A stretch of DNA of 50,971 nucleotides from an uncultured Candidatus Saccharibacteria bacterium (lineage in GTDB: Bacteria; Patescibacteriota; Saccharimonadia; Saccharimonadales; Saccharimonadaceae). The stretch is taken from the NCBI GenBank assembly GCA_964365665.1, contig CAYIQY010000001.1, positions 1 through 50,971 of the forward strand, given 5' to 3'. The notes below the pieces were generated by a model. That model was not told where the DNA came from and searched no databases. It saw only the letters and a list, made by a program, of their open reading frames with translations. Shown here piece by piece: positions 15,997 through 23,991 of the stretch. Made by a program: the position numbers and the translations under genes. Every line of letters begins with the position of its first letter. Within the stretch, counting starts at the first letter, position 1.

Positions 15997-17526
15997 CTAG
16001 AAAGAATCGCTATCTTCTCGTCCGTACTTTTCTATAATTTCGTCTGTATTTTTGTATATTTGGTCTCTGAACATTCCAGTAATTTCTTTTCTATAATTTG
16101 CGTTTTTTATTTTCGCATAAGCTTCCTCTACTTGAGCGCGGAGTTCCTCTGGGCTATAGGATGGGATGGGCTTTTTCTCCATCATAGTCGCAACAGCCGG
16201 GGTATGACAGTTATCAAGTGCTAAGAATAATTCACTCAGTAACTCAACCCTTTCGGAATCATCCTCTGTGTACGCTAATATGGAATCAACCGCATTACCA
16301 AAGACAGTATTCATACTCACGCTTCTTTCATCCAATTCCTCGACTAGTTTGTACGTCTCTGCATCATCAAGGGAGTTATCGATCCTGTGAAAAAGTCCTA
16401 GATGGTACTGAAGCTCCTCTGTAAAGTCACCCATTGCCTGACCTAACACTTGAATAGGATCGCCGTAAAGCGGAGTATCCGACTCATCAATCTCGTAGTA
16501 TTTCTGTACTTGCTTTATTTCATCGTCAAAGTTATTTGCGAAGATGTCGATAACTTTTTTGGCGAATCGACGCGGTGGTTTGCGATAGTAGTGCTCGGTG
16601 ATTTGTTCGCGCAATTCTTCAGGAAGGCGGCTTGCGTCTTCGCGCTCAAGGATAGCATTGGTGAGATCCAACTGGTTTGATTCTACCAATTTAAACAATC
16701 CTACAATCGCATCAATTCTTTGATCTTCATCCAGAGATTGATCGTTGTTAATCTGGTTGATACAATTTGCCGCGGTTGCAGTTATTGCTGCCTGTGTCTG
16801 ATCAAGCCGCTCCAGAACTATTGGCTTGCTTTTACCGGCGGTACCCTGCGCTAGCTGTTCGAGCCATTTTCGCTGATTCCCTAAACGGTTATTGAGTTTA
16901 TTCATCAGTGTGGTGAGTTCACTATCTTCTAGGTCTTTTACGCTATCTTCGAAGCTTTCTATGTCTGTATGAATAGGTTCACCTAGCAGTACGGCCAGAT
17001 CATTCGAAAAATCATCACGGAATAGCGCTGCAACCGTTTTGGGGAACTTGCCCTTATCCTCAAGGTATTTCTCGCCCAATGCTAGCCATAATCTCTCTGG
17101 TGAATACGTACCATTGTCGAATCCTGCACTTTCAAAAATATCTTTTTGAGAGGCTGTCCCGCTAATGAATAGATCTGATACAAGTGCCAATTGATCGTCC
17201 ATGTCATGATCTGGTGATTTTATCACCCGATCAGCGCACGCTTCGACTGCTTCGGCTAAAAAGTCATTTGATTTATCAATTACGTCAATTGTAATCCCTG
17301 ATATTTCCATTTTGTGCATAGTAAGGTTATTGTTGCGAATAAGTTGTGTGTAGTAGAAATTGTCGAGGGTTTTTATGACCATTTTGCGCTCGAGATTCGA
17401 TTTTTTCGCAATCTGAGCAAAGCCTACTTCATCTTCAGACGGTAGTACATATTGATCATGTGCAACTTCCATCCTTCTAATGTGCATGTTGGCAATTACT
17501 TTAAGGCTGAATAGATGAACTGTCAA
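15997..17526 (-). CDS. acidic helical repeat protein, function unknown
   Basis: 509-aa ORF with three roughly 45-aa internal repeats that begin SPE(E/R)L. The start codon is uncertain (Met14 and Met19 are alternatives). Confidence 0.5.
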   Translation of the reverse strand: MTVHLFSLKVIANMHIRRMEVAHDQYVLPSEDEVGFAQIAKKSNLERKMVIKTLDNFYYTQLIRNNNLTMHKMEISGITIDVIDKSNDFLAEAVEACADRVIKSPDHDMDDQLALVSDLFISGTASQKDIFESAGFDNGTYSPERLWLALGEKYLEDKGKFPKTVAALFRDDFSNDLAVLLGEPIHTDIESFEDSVKDLEDSELTTLMNKLNNRLGNQRKWLEQLAQGTAGKSKPIVLERLDQTQAAITATAANCINQINNDQSLDEDQRIDAIVGLFKLVESNQLDLTNAILEREDASRLPEELREQITEHYYRKPPRRFAKKVIDIFANNFDDEIKQVQKYYEIDESDTPLYGDPIQVLGQAMGDFTEELQYHLGLFHRIDNSLDDAETYKLVEELDERSVSMNTVFGNAVDSILAYTEDDSERVELLSELFLALDNCHTPAVATMMEKKPIPSYSPEELRAQVEEAYAKIKNANYRKEITGMFRDQIYKNTDEIIEKYGREDSDSF

Positions 17527-17545
17527 TAGTTGTTATACTAGGATT

Positions 17546-18214
17546 ATGTTAGATCATCACATCCAACGCGAAATTGTCTACGCTCTCGCTTTTAGCAAAG
17601 GGATGCGGTTCAGCGAGTTAAAACCGGACATGTTGGAAAACAAGGCATTTGATTATCATCTGAAAAAGGTAATCCTGGCTGGATATGTGATCAAAAACGA
17701 CAATGGAACGTATAGTCTGACTGCCGAGGGCAAGCGGGTTGGCAAAGGGGCGCTGAAAAAACAAAGCCGGCTGATTGACCGCGCCTACTCCACCCTCCTT
17801 CTCGCAATCCGGAGGCCGGAAGACGGAACGTGGTTATTAGTGAAGCGCAAGGCTCAACCGCTACTTGGGTTGACGGGATTTATGAACGCGCAGCCGATAG
17901 CTACTGAGGACATTGTGCAAACAGCCGCGAAAGTATGCCGGGAGCAAACGGGACTTTCCGGCGCGTTCGTAGTCCATGGTCACGGGTATTTCCGTATCAC
18001 TCGGGCTGGAGAATTGGAAAGCTTTATCCATTTTACTCTCCTGACGTGCAACGAAATTCAGGGAGAGTTGCATCAAAACAGTGAACTAGCGGAATACTAC
18101 TGGGATACGGATCCCGATTGGCAGGCACCGGATATGCTACCGAACATGCAAATACTTCACAAAATGTTGCAAGCTCGCGCGGGAACCTTTGTTGAGAAAA
18201 CGTTTGATATTTAA
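17546..18214 (+). CDS. wHTH plus Nudix-like domain protein
   Basis: The N-terminal 65 aa read as a winged helix (IVYALAFSKGMRFSELK...YHLKKVILAGYVIKNDNGTYSLTAEG). The C-terminal part has a degenerate Nudix-box-like stretch (G..NAQPIATEDIVQTAAKVCREQTGL). TGtTATACT lies 6 nt before the ATG. Confidence 0.45.
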   Translation: MLDHHIQREIVYALAFSKGMRFSELKPDMLENKAFDYHLKKVILAGYVIKNDNGTYSLTAEGKRVGKGALKKQSRLIDRAYSTLLLAIRRPEDGTWLLVKRKAQPLLGLTGFMNAQPIATEDIVQTAAKVCREQTGLSGAFVVHGHGYFRITRAGELESFIHFTLLTCNEIQGELHQNSELAEYYWDTDPDWQAPDMLPNMQILHKMLQARAGTFVEKTFDI

Positions 18215-18320
18215 TTGGTCGTTTGGTGGTTGTGTGCATGATAGCCTCCTATATGGTTAACTTCTAAATCTAGTATGATCCGAGTTGCTTAACGAAACAG
18301 TGAACAGTTTTTCACTAACT

Positions 18321-19070
18321 TTAACTGGGGTTGCCAAAGTCAGATTGTGCCTGTACGAGCGCATCATGAGCTTGATTGGTTGACGGCGCGTTATGTTTCC
18401 ACGCAATGGATAGTGGACTTTGTGGATCAGCCAGCTGAGCCACCGAAGCGTGGACGCCGTTTATTTCGTGGCTGAACCTTGATGATTCCAGAAGATCCAT
18501 AGATGTCCACATAACAATATCTTGAATTTCTCTTTCACTCATGCCCTTCGGAGCATTGCCGAGCGGTAGGGCTGCGATTGCAAGAGCGGTTGTCCCCATT
18601 TGTCTTCCTAATTGACGCTCTATGCGCGCTGTATTGAGTTCTTTTTGGTGTGCCATTGCCAATCGGTGGCCAAGTGATGCTGCACGATTGAGCCCGTTGC
18701 GGACTTTTATCATCAAGCCAGAACGAGTCTCGCGCCACTCTGCTTCGTCATCGGCAAGTTCGGGTAATTTCAGCCGTCGTCGCATGACTTCGGGACTGTC
18801 ATGGGCATAGATATACCAGGCGGCGTTCATCAGTGCACTCGCGGTGCGTCGGTTGATGAAGTTTTGGTCTTCTGCATTATCGACCGGATAATTATAAATG
18901 GCCGAGGCTACATCGAGCCCAGTTGCCTGCTGTTCGAGCACGAGTGTTCCAGCTGGCAATTGACGCCTCCGTTCTGCTTCTGCTGCGTCCCGTGTACGTG
19001 GTGGCACGTAGTCGACACCCTCTTGCAAGTGTCTGGTTGGTAAATCGAAATCTTTTCTTCCTTTATTCAT
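18321..19070 (-). CDS. hypothetical protein (about 250 aa)
   Basis: The tracked ORF starts at 19160, but Met31 (19070) follows a GGGA box, and the upstream part is an A+T-rich leader carrying a palindrome. No JAMM or other motif recognised. Confidence 0.5.
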   Translation of the reverse strand: MNKGRKDFDLPTRHLQEGVDYVPPRTRDAAEAERRRQLPAGTLVLEQQATGLDVASAIYNYPVDNAEDQNFINRRTASALMNAAWYIYAHDSPEVMRRRLKLPELADDEAEWRETRSGLMIKVRNGLNRAASLGHRLAMAHQKELNTARIERQLGRQMGTTALAIAALPLGNAPKGMSEREIQDIVMWTSMDLLESSRFSHEINGVHASVAQLADPQSPLSIAWKHNAPSTNQAHDALVQAQSDFGNPS

Positions 19071-19173
19071 ATCCCTACTATGCCTGGGATGCGAAACAAA
19101 ATCAGTGAATAATTTTTCACTAAAATTTTGGCATAAATAAAACTCCACATAGTGGAGCAAAAAAGTTGTGCGG

Positions 19174-19230
19174 GAGGCGGTGAACGAGAGTGGAGGGCGC
19201 CGTTGCCCGGTCCACTTCGTTCACCGCCTC
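19174..19230 (-). terminator. long G+C-rich hairpin terminator after the Ubl gene
   Basis: GAGGCGGTGAACGAGAGTGGA(19174-19194) pairs with TCCACTTCGTTCACCGCCTC(19211-19230), about 20 bp with 1 bulge. A T6 run follows within 10 nt on the minus strand. Confidence 0.65.
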
Positions 19231-19276
19231 ATTGTCACAGACAGCCCGACGCTGGACGCCCTACCGCTCCGGCCGG

Positions 19277-19507
19277 TTAGCCGTTCTCGGGCTTGTACGC
19301 CACGGTGACCGCCGCACCCTCCGGCACGATGGTGTCCTCGGTGGCCGGACGGCCGCCGCCGACAGGTACGTGACCGGCCGGGATCGTGGCGCCCAGTTCC
19401 TTGAGGTAGCCGCCGACCGTGGCGCCGACCTTGTAGTCCAGCGTCTCCGGTCGACCGGGGAGGCCAAATCGGATCTTGCTTGGTGCGGGTGCGAGTGCTG
19501 TACTCAT
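19277..19507 (-). CDS. ThiS/MoaD-like beta-grasp ubiquitin-like protein (76 aa) ending in Asn-Gly
   Basis: KIRFGLPGRPETLDYKVGATVGGYLKELG...VPVGGGRPATEDTIVPEGAAVTVAYKPENG follows the ThiS/MoaD pattern with a terminal Gly (nt 19280-19282). An AAGGAG SD lies 6 nt before the ATG at 19507. Very G+C-rich. Confidence 0.6.
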   Translation of the reverse strand: MSTALAPAPSKIRFGLPGRPETLDYKVGATVGGYLKELGATIPAGHVPVGGGRPATEDTIVPEGAAVTVAYKPENG

Positions 19508-19519
19508 GAACATCTCCTT

Positions 19520-20185
19520 TTAGGGGATTTGAACGACGGGAGTTGCCCCGCCGGGTGGTGCTACGATCGACAGATCTCCGTGGAGGATTTCTGCCGGTCG
19601 CCTCCCTCGTGCGAACGAGGTGAGGTTCTTGAGAATGAGACCGTCGAGCGTCAGCGCCGTATGAAAATCACTGCGGACAGTGCACGGTGCTTCAGCAGCC
19701 TCATTACTGGGGTACATCCAGTCCTCGTATAAACTGATTTGCGATGGGCTGGACGGATTGAGGGTGTATAGATGAAGTACGTCACCACCAATCCGTCCAT
19801 CCATGTACAAATCTACGAAGGTATTGAACTTCACCAGCTCCCAGATCGCCTTGCGGCTATCCATCGAGTCGACTCCACTGATCACGACGCCGCTGAGTTC
19901 CAGTTGGCTGGTCTCTTCGACGCGCATGACGTGGGGAACGACAATGGTGTCCAGTTCTTCACGCTCTGCAAAGGCGGCCAGTGCCTCTACCTTTGATGTG
20001 CCTACATCGCTGCGGCGGAACAGTTGGGTATGGATGTTGTGTTCTTCCACGACATCATCGTCGTAGAAGTGGATCTTGGGGAGGTCGTTCTTCATCAGAA
20101 AGAATGCCAACCAAGAACCAATACCTCCACAACCTACGACGTGCACTTCCCGGACCCATCGAGACGGGTCGAAAATGTGCGTCAT
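19520..20185 (-). CDS. minimal E1-like (ThiF/MoeB/HesA family) adenylyltransferase
   Basis: 221 aa. Rossmann loop VVGCGGIGS, then YDDDVVEEHNIHTQLF (equivalent to DxDxVexSNLnRQ with the Arg position changed), GTSKVEA and SGVDSMDSR. No CxxC zinc pairs or rhodanese domain. The start overlaps the upstream stop as ATGA. Confidence 0.7.
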   Translation of the reverse strand: MTHIFDPSRWVREVHVVGCGGIGSWLAFFLMKNDLPKIHFYDDDVVEEHNIHTQLFRRSDVGTSKVEALAAFAEREELDTIVVPHVMRVEETSQLELSGVVISGVDSMDSRKAIWELVKFNTFVDLYMDGRIGGDVLHLYTLNPSSPSQISLYEDWMYPSNEAAEAPCTVRSDFHTALTLDGLILKNLTSFARGRRPAEILHGDLSIVAPPGGATPVVQIP

Positions 20186-20955
20186 GACTCACCTTCTTTC
20201 TTATGGATCTTGAACGCTTTGGGTATCTCTTGACGTTTTCCGAGCTTGATCGTCGACAGGTACATGATCATGGCCTGGATTCCGTGCAGGAAATCTCGAG
20301 ATTTGGCGTAGTTGTTCACTGTGCCATAGTTGGTTCCGAAGCAGAAACTGTCATCGTCCCAATTATGAAACTCGGTGACGCTGGATGCCCTGGTTAGGCC
20401 ACTGACGACACGTTTAACTCTGTAAGAATCCCTATCGCCGCTTCCTTTCGTCAGGTGTCGAGCACTCTCTACGTTTCCGAAGAAAATGTCCCATGTACCC
20501 AAATGATAGGTCACGTCTTTGTGTTCTGTCGTTGCAACGACCGTAAAGGCTATAACGTCAGGTGTTTCCGCTCTCACTGCGATGACCTGCGGGAGGCAGA
20601 GGATATCCTCCAGCTCCTGTATTGCCATCTTCCGATCTTCCACTTGCTGTTTAGCCTGTTCGTTAACGCTAGCGAGCTTTTGCTTTGCCTTGTTGCGATC
20701 CGCCTGGAGGTTTTCAAGTAGTGCGACATCGCTTTCCTCGCCGCTCTTCAGCAGTTCGCCCAACTGTTTGCAACGGTCGTTGAGGCACGCAATGTCCGCT
20801 TCGAGCTTTTGCCGCTGTTCCTGGATCATTTGCTTGTCAGGGTACTGTTTGATGCGCCAAAAGCAATCAGCAACATCATAGTCATCGTGCAAGTTCCTTC
20901 GTACTGCTCGCATCGCGACGATAGCGAGGTTACTGCCTAGATTGTAAAGTGACAT
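20182..20955 (-). CDS. coiled-coil protein with candidate E2/UBC-like C-terminal domain
   Basis: A GAGAGGA SD lies before the ATG at 20955 (the track starts it at 20997). About 90 aa of heptad-like Q/E/K-rich sequence are followed by four predicted beta strands, then FHNWDDDSFCFG (His211 at nt 20365-20367, Cys219 at nt 20341-20343) and a helix. This resembles the HPN...C layout of E2 enzymes. The assignment is inference only. Confidence 0.35.
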   Translation of the reverse strand: MSLYNLGSNLAIVAMRAVRRNLHDDYDVADCFWRIKQYPDKQMIQEQRQKLEADIACLNDRCKQLGELLKSGEESDVALLENLQADRNKAKQKLASVNEQAKQQVEDRKMAIQELEDILCLPQVIAVRAETPDVIAFTVVATTEHKDVTYHLGTWDIFFGNVESARHLTKGSGDRDSYRVKRVVSGLTRASSVTEFHNWDDDSFCFGTNYGTVNNYAKSRDFLHGIQAMIMYLSTIKLGKRQEIPKAFKIHKKEGES

Positions 20956-21074
20956 CTCGCCACATCCTCTCGGGTTGTCTGTGATGTGAATTTGCAAGGA
21001 ACCTCTAAGGTATTACTCCACGGGCTCACTTGTTGTGCCAATCTTATTCCATCTTGTGTAGTATTGTCAATAAT

Positions 21075-21101
21075 AAAACGCTTCTGCGTAAGAAGCGTTT
21101 T
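21075..21101 (-). terminator. rho-independent terminator (bidirectional shape)
   Basis: AAAACGCTTCT/AGAAGCGTTTT 11-bp stem followed on the minus strand by a TTTTATTATT tail. Lies downstream of the GreA-like gene. Confidence 0.75.
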
Positions 21102-21127
21102 ACCTGTGAGTGAGAGCGGTCAGTGTG

Positions 21128-21595
21128 CTATGAAATGCGTACGAGTTGCAACTGGGTTCTGCGAAGATCGTTACCCCAGTTGATCGTATCGGTGATCGTT
21201 TTGCCAATCAGGTTCTGCCCTAATGGGCTTTTGATGCTGATGCGACCGTCGCTAGGATCGGCTTCGATGGTGTCCACCACCGTGTATACAAACCGGCGAC
21301 CGTTTTTATCGATGAGTTCGACTACCGAACCGATAGCCACTCGCAGTGCATCGCGTTTGCGTGGGAACAGCTGGGCGCTGTCCATCAGTGTCTGCTTGTC
21401 GGCTAGTTCAGACTCGATCAATTCGAGTTGTGCTAGCTTTTCAACACGTGCTAGTCGTTCGTCGTGGCCGTCGCTTTTATCCTGTTCGTGTAATTCGAAA
21501 ATAGTTTTGCGCCGATCACGTTCAAGTAAGCTAATCGACTTCTTTAACTCTTTCATACCTTTTTTGCTCAAATAAATTGTTTCGGTGGTGTTCAC
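21128..21595 (-). CDS. GreA/GreB-family transcription elongation factor-like protein
   Basis: 155 aa. N-terminal coiled coil plus C-terminal GSVVEL......ISIKSPLGQNLIGKTITD (GreA C-domain signature). GTG start with an AAGGAGGG SD. The usual acidic tip motif is not obvious. Confidence 0.65.
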   Translation of the reverse strand: MNTTETIYLSKKGMKELKKSISLLERDRRKTIFELHEQDKSDGHDERLARVEKLAQLELIESELADKQTLMDSAQLFPRKRDALRVAIGSVVELIDKNGRRFVYTVVDTIEADPSDGRISIKSPLGQNLIGKTITDTINWGNDLRRTQLQLVRIS

Positions 21596-21858
21596 AATAT
21601 GATCCCTCCTTCTTTCTCTTTTTACCGACTTATGCCGGTCATGGTTTCCAGTATGCTACCTTTGCCTGAGAAAACAGTGAGAATTCTCACTTTCTGCCAG
21701 AATTCGTCTCAGAACCCTTTTCATTTGCGAAAACTATGTTCTGTCGATGCCAGTGGGCAGTTCTCGTGACAAGACGTATGTGAATACGTCGCGAAGCGAA
21801 ACTGGACACTGGCGCGGCAGGCATAGATTGCAGCAGAAAGGGGGTTCTGTGACGAGTT

Positions 21859-22539
21859 CTATCTTTTGTATGTAATTAGTTTGCCATCACTGAGTTGATA
21901 GGTGTGATCGGTGCGTCCGGCAATATCCAAATCGTGCGTGACGACAATGATTGTCGTGTTGTGGCTACGTGACAAATCGTGCAATAGGTCAAATATTGCC
22001 TGTCCTGTGTCACTGTCCAAATTACCGGTCGGTTCGTCAGCCAGGATCAGTGCCGGTTGGTTTGCAAGGGCGCGGGCAATGCTGACACGCTGCTGCTGGC
22101 CACCAGACAGCTTGCCTGGCCGTCGGCGTGCCTGATCGTCATCAATGCCTACTGATTCCAATAGATCCAATGCACGCTCCTTGCGCTCGCCTGATGGAGC
22201 GCCGCCGAATTCCAATGCCAACATAACGTTTTCAAGTGCCGTCAGATTAGGAATGAGGTTGTATTGCTGAAAGACAAAACCGATTTTGCGTGATCGATAG
22301 GCGGTTTGTTTGCTACCCGACAGGCGCGTGATATCTTGTTTGTCGACCATGATCTCGCCTTTGGTCGGTTGGTCAAGTGCGCCTAGCTGGCTGAGCAGAG
22401 TTGATTTGCCGCTACCCGATTTGCCGATAATGCTGACGAATTGACCCGTTTTGACGGTGAAGTTGATATCGTTCAATGCGTGGACGTCACCGCCGGGCGC
22501 GTGGAACGTTTTTGTGAGGTTAGTTACTTGTATAGACAT
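21859..22539 (-). CDS. ABC transporter ATP-binding protein (MacB/LolD type)
   Basis: Walker A GKSGSGKST, signature LSGGQQQRV, Walker B ILADEPT. Confidence 0.9.
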   Translation of the reverse strand: MSIQVTNLTKTFHAPGGDVHALNDINFTVKTGQFVSIIGKSGSGKSTLLSQLGALDQPTKGEIMVDKQDITRLSGSKQTAYRSRKIGFVFQQYNLIPNLTALENVMLALEFGGAPSGERKERALDLLESVGIDDDQARRRPGKLSGGQQQRVSIARALANQPALILADEPTGNLDSDTGQAIFDLLHDLSRSHNTTIIVVTHDLDIAGRTDHTYQLSDGKLITYKR

Positions 22540-22550
22540 AGTTTTCCTTT

Positions 22551-23918
22551 CTATTCTGACCTTAGTACTTCTGCTGGACGGATGCGAGCAATGAGCCAGG
22601 CTGGGAGTGCGCTGCCGACAATCGCTATGAGCAACGTGAGACCGATGCCGTAACCAATCGTTGCCGGGTTGACCGAACTAGTGATTGCTTGGAGGCCACG
22701 GTCTGCGGTGCCGCCAGGTCCAAAGGCACGGGTGATACCGCCGCCGGCACCACCCATCATACGAGGTGCTTGCTGGTTAGAAGAGGATTGTGCGTCGACA
22801 AGGCCTTGGGTGATACCGCCGCTGACGGCGATACCAAGTGCCAGGCCGATGATGCCCCCAATGATAGTCAGCGTCAGGGCTTCGGTCATGAACTGTGTGA
22901 TGACTTTGAAATTGGTGCCGCCGATGGCTTTGATGACACCGATTTCGCGCCGGCGTTCACGGACGATCATCGTCATGGTTAGCAGGACGATGACGGCTGC
23001 AGCGACGGTCGCCGCTACGACGCCAGTGGTTGCAAGACTACTGATACTTCCGAGTGACGTCACACTGGATTGTGCCTGTTCCTGGGCGCTGGTGATGTCG
23101 GCTTTGTCACCGAGGGACGATTTGAGACTGCTGACGACAGCCGCAACATTGTCGCTGCTGTCGGCCGTAACGGCTAATGACGTAACGGCACCGGCTTGGC
23201 TGGTCGCTGTCTGCAAGGTTGCGAGCGGGACGATCAATCCACTGTCTTGGAATTTGTTGTCCGTCTTGAAAATGCCTTTGACAGTGAATGTTTTGGTGTA
23301 TGCAGTAAAAGTACTGCCGACTTTGAGATTGTTTTTGGTTGCCAGATCAGTGCCGACAAGTGCTTCTAACGCACTCCCTGTTCCGTCGATCGTCGATCCG
23401 CTCGTAATCGTCAGGCTACCGCCGTTCGTCGCGACGCTATCCGGATCAGTCGTTCCGGTGACACTGGTACGCGGTGTCGGTGCTGCGCGAACGACATCTG
23501 CGCCGCCTTCTCCTGGTGGAGGCATATTAGACGTCGATCCGCTTGAACTTTCGAAACGCATCTGACGTTGGCCGAAAGAGCCGAGTTCAAGTGATGGCGT
23601 CAGATTCGTGTCGTCTGTTCCCAACTGATCAGTCAGGCTGCTGACGCTGCTTGCAACATGGGCTGTTTTGGTCACTGTTGCTACCTGGGCTGCCGTGAGG
23701 GGATCACCACCCCCACCAAAGCCAGAAATACCGGCTGGCCGAACCGTGATACCAGTAGCCGCGGTTGATTTGACCTCGCTAATCTTATTTTCGACACCTG
23801 CCCTTGCCGCTAACATAGCAACAATAAGCCCAATGCTGATTGCCAGCATGATGACAATCGCGCCCGAGCGCAATGGACTTCGCACTGCACCGCGGATGCC
23901 GCGAGTTATAACGTTCAT
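22551..23918 (-). CDS. ABC transporter permease, FtsX/MacB-like with large Ser/Thr/Gly-rich extracytoplasmic domain
   Basis: 455 aa. N-terminal TM, a long extracellular segment and a C-terminal 3-TM FtsX-type block (RERRREIGVIKAIGG...). Adjacent to the ATPase gene. Confidence 0.8.
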   Translation of the reverse strand: MNVITRGIRGAVRSPLRSGAIVIMLAISIGLIVAMLAARAGVENKISEVKSTAATGITVRPAGISGFGGGGDPLTAAQVATVTKTAHVASSVSSLTDQLGTDDTNLTPSLELGSFGQRQMRFESSSGSTSNMPPPGEGGADVVRAAPTPRTSVTGTTDPDSVATNGGSLTITSGSTIDGTGSALEALVGTDLATKNNLKVGSTFTAYTKTFTVKGIFKTDNKFQDSGLIVPLATLQTATSQAGAVTSLAVTADSSDNVAAVVSSLKSSLGDKADITSAQEQAQSSVTSLGSISSLATTGVVAATVAAAVIVLLTMTMIVRERRREIGVIKAIGGTNFKVITQFMTEALTLTIIGGIIGLALGIAVSGGITQGLVDAQSSSNQQAPRMMGGAGGGITRAFGPGGTADRGLQAITSSVNPATIGYGIGLTLLIAIVGSALPAWLIARIRPAEVLRSE

Positions 23919-23991
23919 AGTTTATTATTCTCCGTCTATCGTTTATTACTGAGTACGGAGGATACTATAAACGTGCAAACTGATATTTGCC

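Noticed and set aside
19190-19732. A 180-aa plus-strand ORF, plus 19261..19467 on the minus strand, overlapping the Ubl and E1-like genes.
   Set aside because: It is antisense to or out of frame with genes that carry clear family motifs and SD signals. The product is Arg/Gly/Ala-rich, as expected for a spurious frame in G+C-rich DNA.
22669-23565. A 298-aa plus-strand ORF, along with 22689..22982 and 23668..23952.
   Set aside because: It is antisense to the FtsX-type permease gene, whose operon context and TM pattern are convincing. It is a long spurious frame caused by the G+C-rich, Ser/Thr/Ala/Gly-rich coding sequence.
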